Shown: one piece after another, positions 42,600-54,439 of the stretch
Position numbering within the stretch: position 1 is the first letter of the stretch
Layout: each line of letters opens with the position of its first letter
Assembly: GCA_010093815.1 (NCBI GenBank)
Contig: ML996572.1
Source of the DNA: Pseudovirgaria hyperparasitica
Lineage: Eukaryota
Direction: 5' to 3' (one strand)
DNA: 64,000 nt
Position numbers and translations under genes: made by a program
Notes under the pieces: model-generated
Told to the model about the DNA's origin: nothing
Seen by the model: only the letters and a program-made list of their open reading frames with translations
The model's database searches: none

Positions 42600-45500
42600 C
42601 ACGAAGATAATAACACAAGTAGGATACCGTGAACCTTATATCGATGAAGACGATAGTAATAGTTCACCTTATAAAGGGATTAATCAACATGGAGAAGGGA
42701 TAATGGGTGTTATAGGTAGACGCATTAGGCCAACCTTTAGTCAAGGCAATCCCTTGACTAATAACCTTACCCCTAGCGTCTCCACTGGCACATCTACTGC
42801 TAGTAATGGTGCGATAGGAGCTTAAAACGACCTAGTAACTCGTAGAGAGATACTTAACTTCTTCGTAGCATTTGCGTAATAAGGAAGGATGGTACCTCTA
42901 CCTACCCTAGCCCCCGAGCGCTTTAAAGGAATAAACATTACGGCCTTCCTTCGGAAGTACGAGGACATATATATAAACTACGAAGTTCCGCCTAATAAGA
43001 AGATAACCTCTCTACCGTTATACTGCGAGGACCATCTCCGTCCTACCATTAAAGGAATGGGTGGGTTTTAGAAACAGTAGTGGGCCACGCTACGTGAAGA
43101 ATTATTAAAGGAATTCTCTCTATTTAACTCCGCCCTTAAGGAAGGCACCATCCACTTTATCCGAAAATACGTGGAAATGGTTAAAGTAGACCCATCCTAC
43201 TCTCTCCCCATATACTACTCCCGGTATCGTGTTATCACGGAGAAACTTACGGCTAAAGGAAGCCTAAGCTCGTATTCGCGAACAGAGCTCTTCCTAGAAG
43301 GGCTGCCTAATAGTCTTAAGGCTCGGGCTATAGAGAAATGTCAACTCACGATGGAAGCACACAGTTACGACTAGGTAATTATCTATGGCTTCGTATTACG
43401 AAAGGCCAGAGCACTTAAGGAACTGGCTCGTATTAATAAGCACTCAGCCGCATAAGAGCTGGCCACAGCCATATACTATAAATCAAAGATAGGGAGTAAG
43501 AAGACCAGCTTAGAAGAGTAGTCACATGAAGAAAGAAGAACTAATGAATTTAGCCACCCCTCTCTAGTCGAAGTACACGTCGCGCTAGGATCGGATAAGT
43601 TTAACGAGATGGTAGAGAGATTTAGTAAACTAGACCTTACGTTAATTAAGATGAAGTCCTACTTTGCCTCTAATCCCTTATTCTTATCCCTTAAGAAGTA
43701 CGAACCTAAGCTACTTTCGGCTATTATTAACCAGTAGGCGCGAAGGCTAAATCTTTTAACACACCTCTAAGCACGAGGCATGCCCATAGAACCAACGCAA
43801 GTTTATCCATAGAATTATACATAGAATAGAGAATACGTCTCCACCCGAGACTCCTAAGGAGGCGTTATAGCCTAGGATAGGCCTCGAAGACCGATTGTAT
43901 GCATTACGTGCGGAGGAGATCACCTAATATATAGATATCCGGAGATGGTAGGATACATTAGAGACGGATTACTAAATATTAACGGGGTGCGAGTGTTCCG
44001 AGGGCGTTTCGGGGCGAACGGAGAAGAAATCCCATTACTACCCTCCTTAGCAGGGCCATAAGCTACCCTATAAGCTATCCGGAACTACGTAGTAACGGTT
44101 TAAAACGGCCCAAGCTAGTACGGAGGGGGAGTGAAGGTTTCTACGTCCATAGTAAACATTAACGCTTTATAGGGAGTGCTAGTATATAGTATTAGTGTAA
44201 AACCTACGAAGGGTCCCTACCAGGCCTCGGCGGACAGCGATTCGGAAGAAGAAGTCACGTCGCCCGAGAGTAAGAAAGATAGATATATAGAATTCCACGA
44301 ACGCTTCGACGTGGCTAGTAATAGATATATCCGCGAGGAGATGGCCCTAGAAGAGCCCGCTATACTTATAATATCTAGAAGGGGGATTACGAAGAGTATA
44401 CCTAATCGTACTAAGGAAAGAAAGATCGCCCGTCTCCGCGGAATGCGTAAAGGGTAGTATATAAGGATTATCGAGGAATAGGAGGACGGCGAGAAGAGTG
44501 GCGACTAGGGAACGTCTAAATAAGAGCTAACGGCGCCTAAGGATAAGATGGATAAAGGGGATGGCCTAAATCCTAGTTAAAAGGCACGTATCTAAGGCGT
44601 TAAGCTTAATAACTATCTACGCGAGGGACAGCGGCTAAGCATAGAAGCTAGCGAAGCATGGCTGGTACGCGTTCTAGAGATAACTATAAATATCACTATT
44701 AGCGAACTATTAAGCCTTAATGGCGACTTACGTCGTGCGGTGTTCGAGAAGGGCGCCCCCGACTTTATGGCTAGAGAGGTCCGCGAGGCTCAAGAGGAGA
44801 GAGCCGAGAAGAAAGGAAGAAATAACCATACCATGGCTCCCGAGATAAATAAACTTAACGTATTAGCACCCCTCTATGCCACGGGGACGGCCATCACGTA
44901 ATAAGACATTAATTAGCTTAAAGAAGGGATAGTAAGGCTAGTAGCCGAGTGTCCGAGGTACCCCGTAGAAGTTAGTCCTAAAAGGGCGACTAGTATAGCA
45001 CTATTCGATAGTAGCGCGCAGGTAAATGGCATTCGACTAGATGCTACGAGGCGTCTTAGGCTAGCGATATCTTCGCTTCTACTATATATAAAGAACTCGA
45101 GTTTGGTTAGCGCTACTTAGCATAGCACTCTATTCGTGGGAATAGTGTGGTAATGCCCTATCCGCATAGGTCGGATCGTTACGGCCACTTCGATATTCGT
45201 ATGCAGCGAACTTAATCATGACCTCATCCTAGGGGAGCCATATACTAGGCAGGCCTTACTTGCGGTGCAGAGGTTAGCCTCCGGGCAAGTACTCTTAATA
45301 GTCTACTCCGCATATAGATAAGAACGTATAACCTTCGAAACTAGTCTAGACGAGTATATTCTAGTCTTAGAGAAGGAGGGTAACTCTATGGCTAGAGACT
45401 AACTATATAGCGGAGCATGTCGCTAGAAGCCGGAGTTAAGCCGGATTATTAGTTAAGGGCTGCCCTTAACTAATAATCCGCACTAAATGGGGTCCGGTAA

Positions 45501-48500
45501 ACCCACTAACGAAGGGGATAGGATATATTTTTGTGCGGATATAGAAATGAGTCATATAGAGTTGCTTTCCGAGAAAATCCGGCCTGAAAATGTTACTCGG
45601 TTATCGAGAAAAGATGACTTAGCCGCCCTAGTTACGGCGGTAAGGTACGCTGCCTTCGCACATAAATAAGGCACGATAATAGAATAGCTTATAGTAGGCT
45701 CCACCGGCCTCTAAAGACGGTATTCATCCGGGGTATCAAAGGGATTTAGTATAGCCACCATATATAAAAGAAAGGGAGTTAAAGTACACCCCGTGGATAA
45801 CTCCGAAGCCCACCGAAAGGTCCCTAGGAATCTATTAGGGTATCTAGACTAGCGTAAACGAGTAATCGCACGGCAGGCACTTCTTCCGGCCGTCTACCTA
45901 GGCCTTAACGCGTTTAATAGGCTAATAGAGCCTCGAAGGGTAACTATCCCGCTAGGAACACGTCTAACGCCTCTACGCATAAGTTAGCTAAAGATTAGAA
46001 TAGAGCTACGTCCCGCGGAACTTAAGTTACTATATATAATCTTATTACATCGCGAGGAAGCACTAGCATGGGAATTCTTACACCTTGGTAAATTTAACGA
46101 AGAGGTGGCACCTCCGCAGGAGATCCGAACGGTAGAACATAAGGCATGGCAGGCTAAGAACTTTAATATTCCTAGAGCCCTTCATGGGAAGGTACTTACG
46201 ATCCTAAAAGAGCGTCTTAATAGCGGAAGGCTCGAGCCCTATAGTAGTCCTTATTAAAACGCCTATTTTCTCGTGGAAAAGAAGAAGGAAGCTAATAAGG
46301 AACGAGATCATAGGTTAATCAATTCGGCGATAGAAATCAACCGAGTTACCATTCGTGATGCGGCCACGCCGCCCTCGTATAAAGAATTCTCGGAGTACTT
46401 CACGGGGATGGCCGTCTTAACGTTTACCGACTTCTTCTTAGGATATGATTAGATTCTATTGGCAGAGCATTACCGAGACTTAACGGGGTTTATGACGCCC
46501 CTAGGATTGCTACGCGGGATAATATTACCTTAAGGGGCCACTAATTTAGTAGCTTAGTTCGTTAGGATCATGTTAACTATCATGCAAGAACACATCCCGG
46601 AGAGGGCTCTGCTATTCCTAGATAACTTAGGCATTAAAGGACCCACGACGAAATATAACTCTAAGAAGGCCCTGCCTAGAATTCGTAGGTATATCCTAGA
46701 ACATTTAATTAACGTGGATAAGGTTCTCGCGGATATAGAGCGCGCCGGATGCGCCCTAAGTAGTAAGAAGACTTAGTAGTGTGTTAAAGCCGCCAACGTT
46801 ATAGGATACGTCTACGGCATTAAAGGGAGGCGACCGAGTAATAAAAAGGTTACTACTATTAGGGACTGGAAACCCTGTAAAAACACGACGAATGTGCGAG
46901 CCTTCCTTGGCGTTTATATATATTTCCGGATATAGATCCCCGGGTACGCTGTTATCGCATCGCCACTATTTATACTATTAAAGAATGAATCGGCCTAGTA
47001 GTGGATAGCCAAGGAGTAGACCTCGATGGACGCGCTAAAGATGGCTCTAACCACTGCTCCCGCACTAATAACGTTGCGGTACGGGATAGGTGCGGGAGAC
47101 ATAATCCTAGTAGTAGACTCTAGTAACGTTGGGTAGGGGGCTGCGTTAATATAGGAGAACGAGGATCGTAAACGTTAGCCATCGCGGTATAATAGAGGAA
47201 TATGGTCAAAAGCTAAGAGAAACTACGATACCGTGAAACTGGAGTGCCGAGCCCTCCTCCACGCGTTATAGAAGTTCCGGTAATATCTCTATGGCACGCA
47301 CTTTATTATAGAAACAGACACGAATACTCTAGTCGCTTAAATCAACCGCACCGTAACTAACTTGCTAGGGGCGCTCGTTACTAGATAGCTCGCGTGGATT
47401 TAGCTATGGAACTTTATAGTTAGGCACGTACCTAGGAAGCGTAACGTAGTCGCCGATAGTATCTTACGGATGCACGAAGGAGAAGAACTACCAGACGTCC
47501 CTACCTTTAACCTAGACGAGTTCGTGGACATGGCTCTATGTATAGACGTGCTAGAGACGTCGTTAATTAAGCCTATTAGCGGGAGAGATTACACGATAGG
47601 GACACTCGACTATGCCGCTATTAAGTCTCCCTTAATAGATGAATATGGCGATAAATGGTAGAGGATTACGAAGTATCTTACTATACTCGAGAGGCTAACC
47701 GACCTAACCGACCGAGCGTATAAGGCCTTTATAACCGACTGCCTAAAGTTCCTCGTGTATGACTAAATACTCTAGCGGAGAGGAGATGGGCATCGCTAAC
47801 ACACACGAGTAATTAAGGATCCGAATACTAGGGCGCGCATAATCACTACCACTCACGACGAGATAGATTATAGAGGTAGCGAAGGGACCCTCGGAAGGAT
47901 TAAGGATAAGTATTGGTGGGTAGGTATGCGTAGAGACGTGCGATAGCACGTGAAAACCTATAACGAATGTTAACGACGAAGTAAGCTCCTCGGAGGTCTT
48001 GATAAAGGGCTCTACTACATTATAACGCCTGTTCTTTAGTAAAGAATGCACTTGGACGTAACGGCACTACTACCTTCTATAGGGTATAGTAAAGTGGTAT
48101 CCATACGAGAATAGCTAAGCGGATGGACTAAGGCGGAGGCATGTATGGCGGCCACGTCCATAGTCGTCGTAAAGTTCCTCTTTAAGAACGTGATCTATAG
48201 ATATAGAATCATTCCTAAAATCACCTGTGATGGTGGTAGAGAAAATATAGGTGCCATAGAGGAGCTCCTCCGACTCTATAGAATTTATTAGAAGGTTACG
48301 TCTGCGTATAATCCCCGAGCAAATGGGATTATCGAGAGAAGTTTTATACTACTCGCTAATGCTCTCGCGAAGATAACTAATGGCGGATTTAAGAACTGGC
48401 CCGACCACCTCCATACGGTCGTCTAGGCAGATAGAATAACGACACGTGCTAGCATAGGGTATAGTACCGCATACCTCGTGCTCGGCCATAAACCAATCAT

Positions 48501-49113
48501 GCCTATCGAAGTCGAATTCGAGTCGCTCCGAATACTCCCTTAGGACGAGGTGCGATCGACGTCCGACTTACTCGCTCTTCGAGCTAGATAACTTAAGAGA
48601 AGATCCGAGGATCTTAAGGAGGCCTATGCCTACGCGACACGAACGCGTGAGGAATCGAGAGAGGCATAGAATAACGACCATCACCTTCGTTAAGAGTCGT
48701 TACCAGTCGACACGATTATCCTCCTATACGACTCGCAGCGATAGAAGGATATAGAGCGGAAGCTAAGGTAGCATTAGAGGGGGCCATACAGAATCCAGTC
48801 CGTGTTTAATTATACTTATAAGCTCGCGGAGCTTCATGGAGCCATGCTTAGAGGGACGTTTCCTAGCCATAGGTTAAAGAAATATTTCATAAGAAATACG
48901 AGTAACGAGAGTCACGACGAGCCCTCGCGACCACCAATCGGAAGAATTACCGAGGAAAATAAGGAGAGTGGCGATAAGGAAAACTATTATAAATAACTCA
49001 CGGAACACCTTGACGACGCCACACGAACCCGGGTGGAAGTGGTGATTCCTACTCCGCAAGGCTTCAATAGAGAGGAATATTTACGTTTCCCTAGAATCGA
49101 CATCTCCTTCTAG
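42600..49113 (+). pseudogene. Single-frame gag-pol of copy 2, no chromodomain seen
   Basis: Zn knuckle CITCGGDH (about 43900), protease ALFDS[G]AQVN (about 45000), RT FLD[D]LGIKGP (46615), RNase H DSSNVG[W]GA, integrase HHCC region (about 47850-47970). Start approximate. Confidence 0.92.
45445..45477. promoter_or_regulatory. 33-bp perfect palindrome, site 3, between PR and RT (function unknown)
   Basis: ATTATTAGTTAAGGGC-T-GCCCTTAACTAATAAT; extends to 39 bp with CGG/CCG. Confidence 0.6.
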
Positions 49114-49769
49114 GGGACAGAAGTTTTTTTAAGGAGGGAAGGGATGCTTGTAAAAGTAGTCTTATGACGATGAACTCCATTATCGAAAGAGGATGATGAA
49201 CCCTATCATTACTATAAAATAATAAAACCCATTATTAAAGCAAGCAATGCTCGAAAGAAGACATAATGGCGTTTACGCGAAATTCCACCTACCACACATT
49301 GAAACCGGTCGTGTAATCGAAGCCCACCCATCGAAGGCCCATTTTATTACTATAGAACGGGCCCCGTTAGGAACTAATAAGGAAGAAAAGAAGGAGAAGG
49401 TATAAGAGAAAAAGATACTTATAGGAAGTCTCATGAGGATGAGAATATACCCGGTATCTATTCATTCATAGATTCCGCTATATACCCGGTAGACACATTC
49501 ATTCATAGATTTCCTATGTACCTAGTACATATTCATTCACAGATTCGACACGTATACGGGCCTACGGCCGTTGGCAAGGATCATTTATAAAAATCACTAT
49601 ATACCCGGCATTCGAGGAGGCATAAAAAAGAGAACTCAAGATAGCATACAACTCTTCCCTCTTACACCTCTCTATACCTCCTTAATCGACAAAACCTCCT
49701 CCTCCACTTCCGCCTCGCTTAAACCACCTCTCCTTAGAACGCAACTCGCCGATAGAACCAATAATAATA

Positions 49770-52703
49770 ATGGCCCCGCCGAAGAAGAAAACGCCTACCC
49801 ATAAAGAGTCATAAGATTGTTAAGCACTAATAAGATAGACGCGGTCCTAGTCAAGAGTCGTAAGTGCTAAAGCAGGGCCATCGACGGCTATCGTGGTATC
49901 GAGGCCATCTACTACTCCGCACGGATAGGCTATAGAAGCTACGGAAATAAATAAGTCTACTATTAACCGAATTATCGCCATCTAGGACCCGTAAGAGCGA
50001 TAGGACTATATTCTAGACACGTTTAATAATCTCCTTCACATCACTAGCCTCGTAGAATAGCTCTTAAGTAGTATAGTTAACCTCTTCTAGAAAGCAGGAG
50101 CCGTAATAGGGTATAGTAAGGCAAAGATTGACTCCTCTATTCCGAAAGAAGTCCACGAGATAATTCGTTGTGGAAGAGATACTAACTCCCGCATCCTAAA
50201 AGCCAAAAATGCAATCCTATAAAACTAGCGAAAAGACCTCCCTAATGACGACGGCTAGTCACTCTAATCCGCCCTCGGACAGCTCTGGTAAATATAGAAC
50301 TTTATGGAAAAGCTAGTAGCGCTCTCACGAGTGCGAACATGGGCGAGAGCGAGGAACTAGTTAAACGTATCTCTATAGTCCCGAATCGGCCAGGGACAGA
50401 AGGGAAGGGGAATCAAGGTATATCTTTAGAGCTCTAATATCGATGCCGCCCTAGCTAGTAATAGTAACGAGGACGGCCTATCTCTCTAGTAACTCTCGAA
50501 CTACCCTAGCCGATAAAATAAACTAACGTTCCATAATAAGACGGGACTTATTATCCCCGCCAGTTAATAGTCACGGATAAGTAGAATGGTTTATAGGCCC
50601 GTCGAACACTACCTGTAAATTAAAGAGATAAGTACATCGCCTCCGCCTTAGGCCTTACCGTCGCTAAAACTAGTATAGGTAACGCCCGCGGTAAAGTCCC
50701 CTCCACGAAGCACGCCTCCTAGTTCAGTAGCACGTTATCTCTTCGAAGCTAGTCGTCCGTTCGAAGTAAGTATTTCTCCTACTACTACTAGTGAACGTCC
50801 CTTACCGGGCCATGCGAGAACGTCTTTAGTGCCCGTCACGGCCACGCCGATAAAACCCACTCGCGGACGTGCCTCATCTACCGGCCCTTAGTAATTACCA
50901 GGGGCGCCTACACGATAATCCCCGGTTATTCTTAGTTCGTACCCTAAGACGATGGCATCGGTCGAGGAAGAGGACGAGCCTAAGAAGTATTAATGCGCGC
51001 CTTTAGTAACGAAGACTTTTAAGGCAGCTATATTATTAAAGAAGAATTTCACGAGCATTAAGGGAATGGCCCTACTAGTGCGCTGGAAAGCGTAGATAGG
51101 TAACATGGCTATTCCGTATAAAGTCTACTATAAGCATTGCCAAGACGTGGCTAGAAAGAATGATATACTTATTAGCGTGTCCTACTTAAACCTAGTGGCG
51201 AGACTTAAAATAGTATATGAGTTTAGAGATAACGTGGGGGCCCTTAAAGTTTATAAGGACCGCTATACCTGGTTCGCGAAGTACGCGTGGCCACCTCATC
51301 CAATAGAGGCATTAGGTGTCTATCGTTACTAGGCCCTAGAGACCCCGAAGCAAGTTATTAATATTAAAACCATCCTTACTAGTATCGCATTTATGATTCA
51401 GAAGGAGGATAGTAGGATAGGCAGGTAACTCTTCGACGAGTGGGAACGTACCAGAAGTATTAATATTAAAGGGCTCTTCGAGCCACTTAAAAAGACGACC
51501 TCTATACTTAATAAGAGTATCCTAGAGCTCGCGAGGGATGAATTTAATATATACAAGTACCACCAGCGCATGTTTAATAAGAAATCGAACTACGGCTGGC
51601 TACGAACTGTATACCACTCCTACATCTAATAGTTTATTAGGTAATGCCCACTTTACTAGCTCACCTATATTGCTCTTCGGCCCGATCTTAACTACCATCT
51701 AATCTCGTACCCGTACTATGCGAAGTCCTAGGATAGGGGCGATAAGACGGGTTTTAAGCATCTCGATAACGCCATTAATCGAATCCTCGATCCTAGCGAT
51801 AGACACGGGTTTAATATAATCTAGGGAAGCATTAGTCTCGACGACGAACAAAGTAACGACTACACCATAATCGTTCCCCGCTTCTATAAGTTCTTAAACG
51901 AATGGTAGTCGAAGGCCAAGCTCCGCGAGGGGGTCAATTAAAACGGTATAATCACGGCTATTAACGATAAGATCTATAATGCGGACGATAGGAAACGATT
52001 TGGTCCCTTCGTCCCGGTCCCCTGCCAGTCCCTTAAAGTACGCATCTCTAGCCTACTAATAATGTACGGCGCCTAGGGTCCCGTAAAGGGTGGAAGATGC
52101 ACGATGCTTCCATGGTATATCGCGATTGGCCCTGATCACATGATAATGGAAGTGCCTGAAATGGGCATATAGGAACAACTCGCAGCAGCTCACAGGAATT
52201 TGACTCCGGGACCCACGTCTCCGTCGGGATTTTCCAATAAATACGGCGCGATTCCTTTTGCCTTCCTAGCCGCAGTTTAACTCCCGAGTTTTAACGCCGT
52301 TAGTAACGTATTAGTCGGCCGTAAAAGATAGGACAGCTAGGAGGTGAAAGAAGAGGTAGCTGCGTGGCTTAACGCAAGTCCTTAATAACTTAAAGCCAAG
52401 GTAGACGCCTAGTTCAAGGAGGGCTCGAGGGTATTCGTGGAGACCTTTAAGAAAATAGTAAGGTAGGAAAGGCTGGTCTATGGGGATAGGTCGTTCTAGA
52501 AGGAATTTAATAAGGCGCGCGCCGCTAAGCGGCTAATTAATTTTAAGAAATTCGAGCCCGACGCGGGCCTAGATAACGTTAAAGAGAACTTCTACGGATA
52601 AGAGAGGCCTAACGAACTATCCGACGAGGAGGAATCTAACCTCTCTAAGATAAGCGACACGATTCTTTAGGAGCTGGCTCGCGACCTCAAGTACTAAGAT
52701 TAG
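49770..52703 (+). pseudogene. ORF3 of copy 2: about 975-aa putative nuclear 2OG-Fe(II) dioxygenase (PhyH-like)
   Basis: Starts MAPPKKKTP. Contains TGFKHLD (H 51759, D 51765), I[Q]GSISLDDE...[C]TIIVPRF[H], M[H]GA[Q]GP and GR[R]TMLPW. All internal stops are TAA/TAG. The true stop is ambiguous (52697 or 52703). Confidence 0.8.
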
Positions 52704-52722
52704 GCGCCTGAAAACCTACCTA

Positions 52723-52755
52723 ATTATTAGTTAAGGGCTGCCCTTAACTAATAAT
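52723..52755. promoter_or_regulatory. 33-bp perfect palindrome, site 4 (function unknown)
   Basis: Lies between the end of ORF3 and the PPT. Confidence 0.6.
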
Positions 52756-52901
52756 CCGGGCTAAGGTTTACCCGCGCCGAGAGGTTTACTAGGGGCGCAT
52801 TTTATTCGTATTAAGGTCTTTCTTTTAGGCGTTCTTCACACGGTTTCTCACACGGTTACTATACTACTAAGGGTAGTAGTTCTATAGGCCGGGGAGGTAT
52901 A

Positions 52902-53214
52902 TGTGGAAGGCCGCTCCTACAGCCCTATATGTATGTGTCCCTGGCTCGATTACATGGCTCATTGTATATTTAAGGAGGGCGTTTTCCTTGGTCATTCTGC
53001 TCGGCACGCTTCCCCCATCACGAATATTTGACAATTCGACCTTTCCTTACGTTCATGGGCCTCTATGGGTATTAATTATTAGGCTTAGCTATTAATAAAT
53101 TAATTGAGAAGAACTTATAATACCTAGGAGAGATACTTGTGAGTTCGTCGCGACTACTATACTAAGAACATAGCCATTTACAAAAAGGGACATACGTGGC
53201 GATGGCTCATTACA
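52902..53214 (+). repeat. 3' LTR of copy 2
   Basis: TGTGGAAGG...CATTACA, followed by the TSD ATAG. Confidence 0.95.
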
Positions 53215-54051
53215 ATAGATACTAACTACTACGAAAAGGATAAGTCGGATACTCTAAACTAGTTCGATGAGTGCCTCGAATCATCTTATGCGCTATTAGA
53301 TATGGGTGAGAGTTCTATACTACTAGTAGTAGCTACGGATAAGATTATACCATCTCGGGTATTAAGTATAGACCCGCTCTAAGTAACCGCAGGAACGGTA
53401 AATGATAGTATGTATACATATAGTATAAATAAGTCTATTACTAACTTATTATCCCTAGTTATAGCTATCTTAACTAGTAGTCTATCTACCCCGACCAATA
53501 CTTAAATTAAAATAAAGTTAGATAGTGGCGGACGTTTAAGTCGGGTCTTTAACCTATATATAAAGAGTGTATACTTTTAAGAGAAGTCGGATATTAGTAT
53601 ATAGCTAGGGAACTATATAGACTACTACGAGGCCGAATAGATAATATAAGAGAGAATAAAAATAGTAACTAGAAATATAGAGGGAAGTGTCTAGTGGGAG
53701 AAAAGGTCATCAAAGGTAGTTCTAGATAAGGACACCTTTTAATAGATAAAGGATACCGCCTAAAGGTAGAAGAAAGGAAGGTCTACTATATTTTATTATA
53801 GCTATATAGTCGGAGAGAGCTTAGAATAGTACCATTTAATTTAAGTTCCTAGTCTAATTAATTTTTAACCTCTACTCTCTATTATATACTATCTTTCTAG
53901 TATTAAATTTAAAGACTATAATTAAATATACTAAAGATATAATTTAGAATAATAAGATATATAGAGTTATAGAGATACTTTAGATAAAGATATTACTTTA
54001 GAAAAGAGACTTCTATTAAAATAGATAGAGTATATAGAGTAGATAGAGTAG

Positions 54052-54316
54052 NNNNNNNNNNNNNNNNNNNNNNNNNNNNNNNNNNNNNNNNNNNNNNNNN
54101 NNNNNNNNNNNNNNNNNNNNNNNNNNNNNNNNNNNNNNNNNNNNNNNNNNNNNNNNNNNNNNNNNNNNNNNNNNNNNNNNNNNNNNNNNNNNNNNNNNNN
54201 NNNNNNNNNNNNNNNNNNNNNNNNNNNNNNNNNNNNNNNNNNNNNNNNNNNNNNNNNNNNNNNNNNNNNNNNNNNNNNNNNNNNNNNNNNNNNNNNNNNN
54301 NNNNNNNNNNNNNNNN
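54052..54316. other. Assembly gap
   Basis: Run of N. Confidence 1.
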
Positions 54317-54439
54317 GGATAGATAGTAAGTAGGTCCGCCCGATGGATATAATAGGATGAAAGAATACTTAGGGAGTACTTAGGAGTACTTGGGAGCGCT
54401 GTATCTTTCCTAATGTAGTAGGCGGGTAGTTTATAAGAT

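Larger units (their letters stand above)
41920..53214 (+). mobile_element. Full-length Ty3/Gypsy (Ylt1-like) LTR retrotransposon, copy 2, less RIPed
   Basis: 313-bp LTRs TG...CA, 4-bp TSD ATAG (41916-41919 and 53215-53218), PBS, gag-pol, ORF3, PPT. Confidence 0.97.
40500..53500 (+). pseudogene. DUF6532-like gene divergent from the Plavaka transposase, split by Gypsy copy 2 (coding about 40500-41919 plus 53219 to about 53500)
   Basis: PILPSTI..I..IIRHALNKYSSG...FS at about 41500-41600 resembles the DUF6532 pattern as I recall it. An acidic frame continues across the ATAG TSD. Confidence 0.5.

Noticed and set aside
49770..52703. ORF3 as an env gene
   Set aside because: No signal peptide or transmembrane segment; it has an NLS-like start and dioxygenase motifs.
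53520..53570. Candidate right terminal inverted repeat ending in GTG
   Set aside because: No convincing inverted partner found in the window.
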